Made by a program: the position numbers and the translations under genes
Shown here: positions 50,231 through 64,000 of the stretch, piece by piece
How the letters are laid out: every line of letters starts with the position of its first letter
Position numbering within the stretch: the first letter of the stretch is position 1
Assembly (NCBI RefSeq): GCF_947568905.1
Contig: NC_079165.1
Location: forward strand, 83,700,001 to 83,764,000
Reading direction: 5' to 3'
DNA length: 64,000 nt
Source: Ostrea edulis
Taxonomy: Eukaryota
Notes under the pieces: model-generated
What the model was told of the DNA's origin: nothing
The model's database searches: none
What the model saw: the letters and a program-made list of their open reading frames with translations, nothing else

Positions 50231-53200
50231 GGATTACTGAGATTGATCAGTCTGTGCTATTTTGACTTGTTCATACTTGTACTTTATGATTTAAAGCTTG
50301 ATGTTATACCTAAACATCGCATAACTGGCCTTAAACTGTTTTCCGATGTAATAATAAAAATCCGTGTATGACCGACAAGCAGTGTATTTGAAATGAATAC
50401 TTACTTGTCTTCGCCGTGTCATCTGAAGGTGGAGACTGTGCAGAATGCACTCTGAAATGTTGATTTAAACAATGTGTTAAAACGTACCATTTAATACATT
50501 CCATTTCGATACTCTGTATTTTTAATATGATACACAAAACGACATGATACAATTACGATGCTATGGGATTAACATACGGTACAATAGGATGAGCACACGG
50601 TACGTTATAATTAGCACATGATACGATGGGATTAACACATGATACAATAGGAATAACACACGATACAATAGGACTGATATGATACGAAAAGATTAGCACA
50701 CGGTACCATAGGATTAGCACACGATACGATGGGATTAACACACGGTACGATAGAATTAGCACACGATACGATGGGATTAACACATGATACAATAGGAATA
50801 ACACGCGATACAGTAGGATTAGCATATGATACGATAGAAGTAGCACACAGTACGATAAGATTAACACACCATACGATAGGATTAGCACACAATGCGACAG
50901 AATTAATACACGATACGATGGGATTAACACACGATACGATAGAATTAACACATGGTACGATAAGATTAATACACCATACGATAGGATTAGCACACAATAC
51001 GATAGAATTAATACACGATACGATGGGATTAACACACGATACGATAGAATTAGCACATGGTACGATAAGATTAACACAATATGATAGGCTTAACACGCAA
51101 TACGATAGGATTAACACACGATACAAGAGGATTAACACACGATACGATATCATTAACATATGATACGATAGGATGTAAACACCGCACAATAGAATTAGTA
51201 CACGATACAATAGGATTGATATGATACAAAAAGATTAGTGCACGGTACCATAGGATTAGCACATGATATGATAGGATTAGCACAGGATATGATAGGATTA
51301 GCACACGGTACGATAGGATTAAGATGATATGACAGGATTAGCACACGGAACGATAGGAGTAGCACTCGATACGATAGGATTAGCACACGATATGATAGGA
51401 TTAAAACGATACAATAGGATTAACATGATATAATAAGATTAGCAGACGATACGATAGGATTAGCACACGATACAATAGAATTAGCTCAAGATACAATAGG
51501 ATTTACACACGGTACGATAGGATTCGCACACGATACAATACCATTACACACGGTACGATAGGATGATATGTACAACATACAATACGATAAGATTGCAAAG
51601 ATTCGATAGGACAAAAAAATGCAAAAGTATAACACTGCGCCGCATACTTTTAGAGCCTCTTTATACACCGGGTAAAACACTCCAGAAAATAAGTGTTATA
51701 TGTAAAACATTGAGATGGTTTCATCTTTTGATGTTTGATAATGTTCATACTGAAATTGGAGTGATTCAGGTCACACTTTTAATAATCCTTGGGTGTTTTA
51801 GTGTCATTAACGCAAGTTGTATCATTGTTCAAATCCTGGGGTAGTGTTCTACTTTTAGGATTTTCTGTAAAGGTAAATTCGTGATCTATTTATAACAGCT
51901 GTGTAATGACGTCATACAGAAGCACATATTTGTCATGTTGTCATGATACAAAGTACTACTATGTAAACACCTAGTATAGTTTTAAAAAATTAGTGTAGGG
52001 CAGATTCTAAAGATTGTTCAATTTACGTGCATAAATGGAGTATGGCCTACCCTAGCACACCCGCGAAGAGGGAAAATATTACTGTTCAGTGCTACTTTAC
52101 TTGATTACTTTTATTCATTGTGCTTCTTTGTTATCCGACCTGTTTTTATATTCTGATGAAGCGGAATTTATTCAAAAACTTTTACGCGGGAAGATAAAAA
52201 TCTCTTGCTGTGGCCTTCAATTCCACATTTATATATATCGACGATATTTCATCTATTAACAATAATAATTTTCGTTCATTGCTTTAACATACCCGCGAAG
52301 AAAGAAAAAGAATTATTGCTTCAATAAAAATAAGATACTGTGATTCTATTTTAAATTTTTTGAGTTTTACTCATCTATTTTTCACAATACATCCATGATT
52401 GTATTGTTGATTGATTGTATATTGTTTAACGTCCCTCTCGAGAATTCACTCATATGAAGACACAACCATTGCCGGTAAATGGCTGCAAACTTTAGGCTTA
52501 TGAGATATGATAGGGCTCACGGGGGTTGTGACCGGTCGACAAGGGATGCTTTCTCCTCCTAGGCACCTGATCCCACCTCTGGTGTGTCCAGGGGTCCGTA
52601 TTTGCCCAACTATCTATTTTGTATTGCATATGGGATTTTTTTTTAGATTGATCACTAGTCGCTATCTTCACCTTTCATACATACGAATCGGTGCTCTTAG
52701 TTTGTAAACTCAGCCTTGTGGTAATTGTTTATGCAAAAAGGATTTTAAAAATGAATGTTGCAAATAAACACAAAATTTATAGAAATACGCCTGATAAAGA
52801 GGGACTGTTTGGCCTGATTCTACCTGATTCTTAAGTGCGTGTGCAAAAGTCTCAACTTTCAAACAAATTTCAATATATAAAACATTACCGATTTTCACGA
52901 CTCTGTTGAGATTTCATATGAGTTTCCGGGCGTTGTTTCTCCTCAGTTTTGGGGTCCTTGTTTCTCACAGAATGGGTATTCATTCTAGAATAACTGGATT
53001 AAGAACACGAAAACAATTTTACAATATTGGATTTTTAATCAGTGATAGAAATATTGAACTATTGTAATTTTACGTATTATTCCAATATGTTTTTCGAATG
53101 AGAATCGGATGCTTACTCCTCCTAGGTACCTGATCCCACCTCTGGTGTGTCCAGGGGTCCGTGTTTGCCCAACTATCTATTTTGTATTGCTGATAGGAAT

Positions 53201-54690
53201 TATGAGATTAATCACCTTGCATTCAAATATTCTTTTGGAAAAATTAATGAACTTTCCTTCCGGCTTGGGATCTATATTAATACCCATATTCAATGGAACA
53301 AAATCATACAAACTGGAAAGTATGCATACTTCTGAAACAGTATATTTACAACTGTACATTCCATATTTTGCAGTGGTCAGAACATTTTATACGCTAGAAG
53401 TTTATGTATAGGTTAGATATAGGAACATCATTTCTTCCCATTTTTCAAGAGAATGGTTACTTTGGTGTATGAAATCACACGTAAAAAATCAATGCATAGA
53501 GCATGTTTAAATGATCAACACTTACCTATAGAGTATCAACTGAATCCTATTTTGCGGAGTTTCAAGTGAAATATATATGTTCGCTGCTGCTAATTAATCA
53601 TTATCTACAAATGTCACTTCAATGACGTATTCATGCATATGCATATGCTCTTTCGCGAAGACCTTTCTGCAATCAATGAACTATAGGCCACTGCTTAGAA
53701 TGGTGGAAAAATAGTCTCTTTCTTAAGCTAGACTTCATGAAATTTTGGAACAATTTGTATAGTAATTGATAAATCTTGTATGAAAGGTGAAGATAACGAA
53801 CAGCGATCAATTTCATAACTCTTACAAGAAATACAAAATTAAGAGTTGGGTAAACACGGATCCCTGTGCAAACTAGAGGTGGGATCGGGTGCCTATAAGG
53901 AGTAAACATCACCTGCTGACTTGTTACACCTATATCCTTGTTAATAATGAGGTGGATAAAAATGAATTGTTGTTTGTTATCTGCTTCTCATTCAAATTCA
54001 TGCATTTTTGATAAGAAAGCAGAAGAGGTTCAATTATACAACGATATTAAAATAAAGAAGAATGTATGTTTCGTTCTCTATGATGAATGCTCGTCATTAA
54101 ATTTGCTTGTAGGAGTCGTGGTGGATTTTGACTTTGATAAGCAAGACACAATGGAACCTCGATGTTTATGTCCTAGATGTGCCGCGTTCATGGTATGAGT
54201 GAAGTTCATTCGCATAAACTGAAAACTGTTTACAGCACTATTAAAATGTGTACAATTCGATCACATAGCACATGCCAACTTCCCCATTGATAGTATACAA
54301 CATAAACATCCTGGGGAAGGTTTCTATAATAAGAGTGTATATTGCTTATTCATTGGACCAATCCCCATGGATACACTTACACTTTTGGGTTTACCTCAAT
54401 ACAACGCAACTTGGAGTTTGAATTCGTTCCAAATTGCACAAAATAGGCTCTTTGTCAATAAATGTTGCTTTGTTATCCTTATAATATATATCCCAGTGTG
54501 ACCAGTGAGACCGCTGTAGCGAGGGAAACATGAAATGTTCAAATTATAATCATATTCAGTAAGGTACTGTAAATAAGAAATATTTTTCTCTCTAATATCA
54601 TTATATAGATCGTCTATATACATCCTCCTAGGTGTGCCACATTCATGGCATGGGTGAAGTACATCCGCATATAGTAGATAGATCATCCAT

Positions 54691-54840
54691 NNNNNNNNNN
54701 NNNNNNNNNNNNNNNNNNNNNNNNNNNNNNNNNNNNNNNNNNNNNNNNNNNNNNNNNNNNNNNNNNNNNNNNNNNNNNNNNNNNNNNNNNNNNNNNNNNN
54801 NNNNNNNNNNNNNNNNNNNNNNNNNNNNNNNNNNNNNNNN
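54691..54840. other. Assembly gap (150 N)
   Basis: N run at the position of the (AT)n tracts in the other units. Confidence 1.
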
Positions 54841-57800
54841 GAGAAGAGTGATCAATCTCTTAACTCCCACAAAGAACAGACGTCTCCATATGAGAGAAAA
54901 TTCTCAATATGAACGTTAAACAATATACAACCAACCAACTTACAAGGAATACAAAAGGAAGAGTTGGGAAACACGGATCTTTGGATGTACCAGAGATGGG
55001 ATCAGGTGCCTAGGAGGAGTAAGCAGTCTCTGTCAACCAGTCAGACCCGCAATGGGCCTTAATACTTTATCGGGTAAACGCAGTATTCCCTAGTTAAAAT
55101 CAGTGTGGAAAGAACGGCCTAACAATTGACATGAAACACGTCAGGTTGCCCTACTCTTAAATTTGTATTCTTTATAGGTTATTTTTCGCTGTATGTCAGT
55201 AGATTAACATATTTATGACTATATACTATAGGTGTTAATTATGTTTTGATGGCAATTATATCTGGATTTAGCACAGGATGAAACTGTGATACAGTCTTCT
55301 GAAAGTTCACTGAAGGTGTGGGGAGGTGTCTGATAGAATGGCATAATTTCATCCCGTGTTCATCCATAGTACAGCAGAATTTACTTAACATTATTCTAAG
55401 CCAAAAAAGTTTGGAAATATCAAATTCTATCTTGTCAGTAAATAGGATGCATAGTGATTCATTGTTATGATGATGAATCGTTATGATTAAAAGGCGCAGA
55501 AAACGTAGTGACCAATATCATAACTCCTATAAAGAATACAAAATAAGTGTGGGACCAACATGGAACCCAGGACATACCTGAGGTGGGATCAGGTGCCTAG
55601 GAAATGTAAGCATCCACCGTCGACCGTGTAATACTACTTTTTGAACCTCGTTTAAGAAACACTTCAGACAGCTCTAGAACCAATGACAATTTTCAATGGC
55701 AAACTAGACCGTTGTAACGACTATAGAATTCGCTAAATGTTGATTTTAAATGAAACTGTTTAAACTCCTGTACCATCAACTTCTTTGTCAGTTGGCTGCC
55801 TCGATTTAGAAACTGGTTATACGCAGAACACGATCGTGTGTATCGAAACAGTCGAAGGACATAAAAACCATATGTAGGTGATTATGGAATATTGTGACAT
55901 AAATATGGGAAGTTGATGATAGAGAAATTTAACTCACCCCGATTGTCATATTGTTGAGTTCTTAGTATGCCATTAACATTTATGATCAATAAAAAAAATC
56001 TTAGAAACAAATCTGGAAGACTCTGCGGTGTCTTTTATTTCGAGTTCACTGGGATGTATGTTCTTCTATTTAATTATGAAATAAGTATTTGTAGGATATC
56101 AGTGGTTCATAATGTCACTGTACAATTGATTTTGAAGGCAGAAACTGGAGTGCGCTCACTCTAGGAAATGTTGAGTTTGCGAAAAAGACCACACGAGAAA
56201 GGGCGAAACCACCAGGATGAAGCCAAATATATGATTTATATAGGAAATGAATACTTTTCCAGGGTTGGAATATTCTTATTCATTGACCAATTTCATTGCA
56301 TTGAAGGTGAAAATATCGAACATTGATCAATCTCATAACTCCTATATAAGGAATACAAAATAAAGATTTGGGCATCAGGTGTCTAGGAGGAGTAATGATC
56401 CCCCATCGGGTCCAACTCTCAATTTTGTATTCCTTATAGGATTTATGAAATTGAGATTTCATAAAATTGAGTACGTTATCTTCACATTTTCATATCACCA
56501 AATCTTCTAGAAATGCTTTGGTACACCGGCACATAAAAGCAGACCAGACTTCAACTCTATTCTGGAGAAAAATTTAATCGAGTTTTCATAGGGAAAATCT
56601 CTAACTACTTGTTTCAAAATATTTCCATCAATGATTTAACATTTTAAAGGCCCTGAAAACACAGACAACTAATGCAAAAAAAAAATCTGACATGACATCC
56701 TGTTGAGCGATGTATGAATAATTAGTAAAAATTCATGAAAGCAAGTATACTACATGTAGTTTGTCTTTACCACAGTTATCCCCCTTTTATTTCCTGTAAT
56801 AGCTACATCTCTCATAATTCACAAGATTAAAGCTGACATGAATTAATAAATACGTACACCTTTCTCATCTTATCCGCCATATTTCTCTCAGGTAGCCCAA
56901 TTTACTCTACCCGTATATACCCCAAATGTGATTCTCACACCTGAGTGATTTTTCTAGGTGGATTCGACCAGTGCACATCTCCGATAGTAATATATAGGGA
57001 ATGAGAAACAAATAAAATCACATTTTAAAACATTATGCTTTGCTCAAAATTACAAAATATTTATTGTATACCAATGCAACATTCTGGAAGTTTTGATAAG
57101 TTAGACAAAAATGTAAAAAAAAAAAAAAAAAAAAAACAAAAAAAAAAACAAACCAAAAACCCCGGTTTTCTTGCATACTTGCAAGTGCATGCAAGTATTT
57201 GCTGTTTCTTATATAATAAATGCGGATAAATCATTTGCCAATTACATACTGATAGAATGGAATACACAAAGAGCATAAACTATATTATTTATATCAATTC
57301 TTGCAAAATAAAGGTGCATGCCATATGCATAATATGTAATGCGTAAGGTATATTCGCAAAAAAAAACCCCACCAAAAACCCGTATCAAATACGGCTGTCT
57401 ATTCAACAGGTATCGGAGATGTGCACTTACCGAAAATATTATATTCTCTTTATTCCGATAAATCCACGAAACAAAATGATAAACTCCATTTGTATCTCGT
57501 TAGAACTTTACAACACGTTGTCATTCCATTATACAGACTGCGACACACTTCACCCGTGCCAAACAGGGTGTCTTCAATCAGGGGAGATGTCAGAGTCGAA
57601 ATTTTTTCCTGTATTGAATGCTTGTCTGGTCGAGGTTTTGCAGTTTGAATATAGAAATGGGGAATCTAATATCTGGTTGGATATATTGCGTGCACAATTC
57701 AAAATTTATCGATGATCATATACAAACTTGGATATACAAATGAGGGAACAATGATCAAAAATATATATCTGTGTGAAAATGCGTGTATTACATTTGCAAT

Positions 57801-57941
57801 CAACAATAAACAGTTGAATACACAAAGACACATCTAAAAGGAAATGTATAAACGAAAATATAGTTTTGTTTTCTCTTTTGGAACCACATGATAAAATTAT
57901 TTACGGTACGGTCTCTGTATGCCCATATTCATTGATTGAAC

Positions 57942-57995
<54 letters not shown>

Positions 57996-58598
57996 AGAGA
58001 AAAGAGAGAGATGGAGAGAGACCGTCCTACTTCGATGTACAATATCAGTGGCGGATTTAAGGGGGTGCAGCCGGCGCCCCTCCCCCCCCCCCTAAAAATT
58101 TCAAATTTAAGGTAAATCGTGGTATCTTCTTTAGAAAAATGTACTCAACGATAAAAGAAGCAATAATTTCTTCCACTCCTTGAGAAATAAATGACAAAAT
58201 CTTTTGATTTCTTGAATTACTTTATTGGGAGAACTTAATTTTTTCTAAAAATCCTTAAAATTAGCGTCATTTTATTATTTTCACCTCAAGGCGGTTCGCA
58301 GACCCCCTGCCTCATAAAGTGGCGCCCCCCGTAACCACAATTCCTGGATCCTTGAAAATATTATCGCATATCCACGCTTGTCTTGGATATGCGCATTTAT
58401 CTCCGTAACTGTATCCTCGTCAGTTTTTACTAAAAGGGAAAGGGGGGGGGGGGTTTCTTATTTATTCCGGGAAATTTAATTCTGCAATAGTCTAATATAT
58501 ATTGACACGTACACGTCACGTCCTTTCTGGAACATTCTTCCAAACGCCGTGGTCATCAATTTGGTGCAGCATCAATTCTATCCATATCACTTTAAAAT

Positions 58599-60623
58599 AT
58601 GCCCAAGACCAAATCAAAAAGGGGGGCACCCAGATCCACGACGTCGGACCAGTCTCAGCATGCTCAGGCAGTACAGACAGGGCGTAATCGCAGGACACGG
58701 AGGAGCAATGCTGACCCCAGCGTAGCACATGGCGGAGTCCAGCCACAGATACCTGTCGTCCAGCCTCAGATACCTGTCGTCCAGCCTCAGATACCTGTCC
58801 TCCATCCCAAAAACCACTTTTAATCCCCACAGCGGGTGCAGCCTGGGGTAGAATTAACGCCAAGTACAGGTAATGATATTTTGCACAATGAATTTAATCA
58901 GGGCCTACAACCGTTACCTACAATGATCAATTCAAACCAGGCCCCATTGGCATATCATGTTATTATGGAGCGCCAAATTAACATAAACTCAAATAATTGA
59001 AGATATCTTCAATTATTTGAAGATATCATCAATTAAATTATTGCTCTCTTTAATTGAATTAATGCGCGTATTAAATCAATTATTGCTCTAATCAAATGAA
59101 TTAATGCGCGCTTCAATTCTATTATTGCTCACATCAATTGAATTAATGCTCGCATCAATTGAATTAATGAGAGCAATAATTGATTTAATGCGCGCATTAA
59201 TTCAATTATTGCTCTCTTCAATGCATTTGATGAGAGCATCAATTTAGTAGAAATATTGCTCGCAATAATTAATTTAGAGCTCGGTTTAAATAATTTGATG
59301 ATCTCTTTAATTCAATTGAAGATATCTTTAAATCATTTACAATGCTTTTGTATAAGGAATTAATGCGCACATCAATTCTTTTAAAGAGAGCAACAATTCA
59401 ATTAAAGAGATCATTAATTCAATTGTGGATATGTTGAATTGAAGATATCTTTAATTATATAGTTGCTCTCTCTAAAAGAATTATTGCTCTCTTCAAATGA
59501 ATTAAAGATATCATTAATTCAATTGAAGAGAGCAATAATTGAATTAATGCGCGCATTAAATCAATTATTGCTCTCATCAAATGAATTAATGCGCGCATCA
59601 ATTCAATTATTGCTCTCATCAATTGATTTAATGCGCGCATTATATCAATTATTGCTCTCTTCAATTGAATTGTAGCACGCATCAATTCAATTGTTGATAT
59701 CATTAATTCATTTGAAGAGATCATTAATTCAATTGAAGCGCGCATCAATTCAGTTGAAGAATTAATGCTATCATCAATTTAATTAATGCGCGCAGTAATT
59801 CAGAATTGAAGATATCATTAATTATTTGAAGAGATCTTTAATTCAATTGTTGCGTGCATCAAATGAATTAATGATATCTTCAAATAATTGAAGATATCTT
59901 CAATTATTTGAGTTTATGTTAATTTGGCGCTCCATATGTTATAACCACACTAAACATAAAATAGTCAACGGTGAATTTGTTAATTTAGCCACGTTGCTTG
60001 TACGTGACAGCAGTAATTCTCAGATAGCATCTATTCTCTCAGTCAACAAATTTGGCCAAATTATTGCATATCCTAAGCAATCAAACAAAATCACTACTAT
60101 TGAACGCTGGACAGATGCGTTCCTCATATTTACTAGCATATATATTGCTGCTCATCCAGAAAAAACACAGCAATTATTAAAGTACGTCCACGACGTTAGA
60201 CTGGGGGCAGAAAAGTCACAGGGTTGGCCTAATTATGACGAGCAGTTTCGCTTGCGCATGGCAACTAATCCGTCTATGGACTGGGGCAGGGTTGATGCAG
60301 AGCTTTGGCTCATTTACATGACCCCTTCAAACACCCCATCCCCCCAACCACCATCAAATCAGTATCTCAAGTGCTTTGATTATAATTACAAGGGGTCGTG
60401 CCACAAGATTCAGTGTAGATATTTACACCGTTGCCTTAAGTGTGGCGACAACCATCCGTCAAGTGATTGTGCTAAAACCCAGGCTAAGGCGGGCAAACCA
60501 GGGGGACCAAGCAACAATCAGCCCTTTTGGGCCAATAGCAACCAGTCACAATCCTTTAGCCCAAGCCAAACCAGACAGCAATCTGGATATATGGGCCCTG
60601 GCAAATTCGCCAATAAATACTAG
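58599..60623 (+). pseudogene. gag: Gag-like ORF1, copy 3 (TAA at 58821, foldback insertion)
   Basis: ORF pieces 58599-58823 and 59916-60623. Confidence 0.85.
58965..59935. mobile_element. Foldback element, copy 3 (971 bp)
   Basis: Same TIR and flanks; net -42 bp relative to copy 1. Confidence 0.9.
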
Positions 60624-62205
60624 CATAGTTGTTAGTTATCTCCACACATACCCAGACACTACATCAGCTATTTCTTTTTAAAAAATGGTCTAATTCGGGG
60701 GTTTAGATTGCAGTATTCGGGTCCTCGACTGCCAATGTTTTGTAGTAATCTTGTATCAGCCACTGAGCACACAGAGGTGTTGCAAGAAAAAATCCATAAA
60801 GAGGTGCTTGAAGGACGAATGGCTGGTCCTTTTGACCACCCCCCATTGCATAATTTACACGTTTCCCCAATAGGTGTCGTTCCGAAGGCAGATGGCGGTT
60901 GGCGCATGATCACACATCTTTCTTACCCACCGTCAAATAGTATAAACCACCATATCGACCCGGTTCACAGATCTGTTAAGTATACCTCATTTGATACTGT
61001 AGTCCAAACCATTAGTCTTCTGGGCAAGGGGACGTTCATTGCAAAAGTTGATATCAAAAGTGCGTTCAGGTTAATTCGGGTTCATCCAGCTGATTTCGAA
61101 CTCTTGGGCTTGCATATGAATGGCAGTTTTTATATTGATAAGTGTTTACCTTTTGGTTGCGCTATTTCATGCAAAATTTTTGAAATGTTCTCATCATTTT
61201 TAGAGTGGTTGGTCATAGCTAAATCAGGGATTGAAACGGTTCACCATTACTTGGATGATTTTATTTTTGCAGGCAGTGCGCATACAAGCCATTGTCATGT
61301 CCTTATGCATACATTTCAGTCTATGTGTGTCGAGATGGGAATACCTTTGAACCAGGATAAATCTGTTCAACCCACTACCTGTTTAATATTTCTCGGTCTG
61401 GAGATTGATACTATCAAAATGCAAATTAGAATACCCCGAGAAAAGGTTGACGAAGTCATGAATCTCCTACTCTTCTGGGTCTCGAAAAATAAAATTAAGT
61501 TATCTACCCTTCAGAGCCTGGTGGGCAAGTTAAATTTTTTTTGGCAAAGCAATACTCGGTAGCAGGGCATTCAACCGTAGATTTTACAACGCCACGATTG
61601 GTCCCACTAAGCCATCGCATCATATCAGAATCAATCACTCAATGCGTGAAGACATGAATACATGGATAAGTTTTTTGAGGGGATTCAATGGTGTAGTGTA
61701 TTTCCCAGAGAGGGAGTGGGCCACCCACAACACTTTACAACTGTTCACGGACAGTGCAGGTGGATCTAGTTTAGGTTGCGGGTGTTATTTTCAGGGTCAG
61801 TGGACCTACCTTCAATGGCCACATGATTGGACCATTACTTCAATCTTGAAAGACATCACATTTTTAGAACTTGTGCCCATTGTGCTAGCCATATCAGTAT
61901 GGGGCAGTAGGTTGCAAAACAAAAAGATACTATTTCATGTGGACAATATGGCCTTAGTACACATTCTTAACAAACAGTCATCTAAGTCACATCGGGTTAT
62001 GTCGTTTGTTAGGCCACTTATCCTTCAAACATTGCACTTCAATATTCAGTTCAAAGCCCAGCATATCCCTGGGAAAACAAATAAAATTGCTGATTCTATA
62101 TCTCGCAAGCAGTGGGACTTGTTCAGGAACCTAGCACCTACAGCCGATCACAACCCTCAGCTAATCCCAGCTTCGTTCCAGAGGCTGCTTTGTCAAGTGA
62201 AATAA
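60376..62205 (+). pseudogene. pol: RT/RNase H, copy 3 (two frameshifts)
   Basis: Breaks at the T5A6 tract (~60675-60685) and at the T8 run (~61535-61542). Confidence 0.9.
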
Positions 62206-63073
62206 GCCGCCTTTTACACTCATCCTTGTCAGCAAACACCAACCAAGCATATATGGTGGGTATTCAGGCATTCAACCATTTCCGTAGCATTCAGGGACTA
62301 CCTAACACAAGCCCACCACTGGATGCTCACATCAATACATTTATTGCACATTTATCCATACACGGTTACAAGCAATCCACAGCTAAAGCATACATCTCTG
62401 CCATTAGTTTTTATTGCAAACTCCACTGGAATGCGGATCCGACTAAGCATTTTATAGTGCAGAAATTGTTGCAGGGTATGAAGCGCACAAATTCAATATC
62501 GGATGCCCGTTTACCTATCACATTGGGCATTTTGGAACTAATCATAAATAAACTACAGGTGGTATGCTCTAGCATGTATGAGACCCTTCTTTTTAAAGCA
62601 TCATTCTCACTAGCTTTTAATGCCTTGCTTAGGATAGGGGAATTTGCTTTGTCAAAGGGCAATTCTGTGGATCGGGTTTTACATACTGGGGACATTTCCC
62701 TGCACACTAACTATTTAACAATTCACATTAGATATTCGAAAACTGACCAATTAGGTAGGGCACCACATTGACAGTACATAAGATGACCGGAACTACTTGT
62801 CCAATACAGGCCATGCACGATTATATGGAGGTTAGGGCACCGAAAGCGGGGCCATTATTTTGTCATTACTCTGGTCAGCCTCTTACTCGTTACCAGTTTA
62901 CCTCAGTTTTGTCACGCTCGCTTAATTTAGCGGGGATAGACAGTAGGCACTTCAAATCCCACTCGTTTCGCATTGGTGCAGCAACTACACTCGCTCAACA
63001 AGGCATGTCAGCCGAAGTTATTCAAGCGGCAGGTCGATGGAGATCTGTTGCATATCAGTCATATATTCGCTAA
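62112..63073 (+). pseudogene. Tyrosine recombinase, copy 3 (shared frameshift)
   Basis: ORFs 62112-62771 and 62768-63073. Confidence 0.9.
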
Positions 63074-63088
63074 TCTCTTAACGTTCAT

Positions 63089-63718
63089 ATGCCTTGGGTA
63101 TTTGCATGCCTAACATTCACCAAGTTCTTCATAGGTCCAATTAAAGTGTGGATTGTTGGATCCTCCATTATTAAGAGGGCAGCAGTGGCTGCCAGATCCA
63201 GGACAGGGGGACCAAACCTTAACGTTCCAAACACGACCATTTGGTGGCAAGGTTACGGGGGTATGAATTTATACGAGTTGGTGCCGAAACTTAAAATATT
63301 ACAGCAGGTGCAAGATATTCCTGATCTTATCATTGTTCATTGTGGGGCAAACAACCTTGGCCGTACCAACCTGTGGTCACTGGTCAGACTTCTTCAGTCT
63401 GCTATACTAGAAATAACCAAACGTTTTCCTAGTGTGAAATTAGTGTGGTCTTCACTGCTACCTAGATTTAGTTGGCATTATTCTACACAGATACAGGCAA
63501 TGGAAAACGCCAGAGCAAGAATTAACAGGGAGGGTATTAGGCTAATAGCTTCAAAGGGTGGGGCGTTCATCAAACACACACAATTTGAAGCTAAGCCCGT
63601 TCATCTGTATCATTCTGATGGTGTGCATCTGTCACAGCTCGGGAATGACTTATTTCTCAATAATCTACAAGGTACCCTTGAAACCTTCATTGGTGGCAGG
63701 GTTAATGCGTTTCCTTAG
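63089..63718 (+). CDS. SGNH hydrolase, copy 3, intact (one R>H change)
   Basis: 209 aa; SWRYS becomes SWHYS; catalytic blocks unchanged. Confidence 0.85.
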   Translation: MPWVFACLTFTKFFIGPIKVWIVGSSIIKRAAVAARSRTGGPNLNVPNTTIWWQGYGGMNLYELVPKLKILQQVQDIPDLIIVHCGANNLGRTNLWSLVRLLQSAILEITKRFPSVKLVWSSLLPRFSWHYSTQIQAMENARARINREGIRLIASKGGAFIKHTQFEAKPVHLYHSDGVHLSQLGNDLFLNNLQGTLETFIGGRVNAFP

Positions 63719-64000
63719 ACCTGTTTCGATTTGCGGCAATCTGGTTAGCGGTGACCATTTGAGTTGGCGTACTGCCGCCGTCACCACGGTTCTGGGCACT
63801 CCCTTTGTGGCGGTTGCAGTCCCACAAACGCTTCTGTTTCACGGGCGTGTGTGGCACGTGCAAGTGGCGTTTCGGCGCACCCCAACTCAAATGGAGGAGT
63901 GCACCCAATATTCTGCAGCTTCATGCCATGAACTTGAAAATTTGCAGTATTGATTAATGATTGAATTGCTGATTGAATGATGGAATTGTTGACATTGAAT

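Larger units (their letters stand above)
43946..64000. repeat. Tandem macro-repeat unit 3 (runs off the window end)
   Basis: Collinear copy; the window ends in the 3' non-coding region of the YR retroelement. Confidence 0.95.
56831..64000. mobile_element. TTAA-flanked Kolobok-like element, copy 3 (right end outside window)
   Basis: TTAA at 56827-56830 followed by AGCTGACATGAATTAATAAATA. Confidence 0.75.
58500..64000 (+). mobile_element. Ngaro-like YR retrotransposon, copy 3 (3' end outside window)
   Basis: Same ORF set. Confidence 0.9.

Overview
AT-rich eukaryotic (animal) DNA; the repeat content suggests a bivalve mollusc such as an oyster, but that is inference. I recognised no host gene. 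The window is a tandem array of three ~22-kb units (59-21883, 21884-43945, 43946->64000). Each unit has two parts. (i) A ~12.6-kb base segment built largely of 3' fragments of a Penelope-like retroelement, a ~470-bp MITE, a 21-bp minisatellite and a long hairpin. (ii) A ~9.3-kb insertion with perfect 22-bp terminal inverted repeats (AGCTGACATGAATTAATAAATA), TTAA duplications on both sides and ~1.1-kb diverged inverted arms. This is Kolobok-like by its termini, and no transposase was found. Its empty TTAA site is visible at 55-58. Nested inside the insertion is a Ngaro-type (DIRS order) tyrosine-recombinase retrotransposon encoding Gag, RT/RNase H, YR and an SGNH hydrolase. Its gag is split by a ~1-kb palindromic foldback element. 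Gag, RT/RH and YR carry lesions shared by all three copies, and only the SGNH ORF is intact. A phase-matched splice donor in gag and acceptor before SGNH could bypass most of the damage. All alignments were done by eye; no searches were run.
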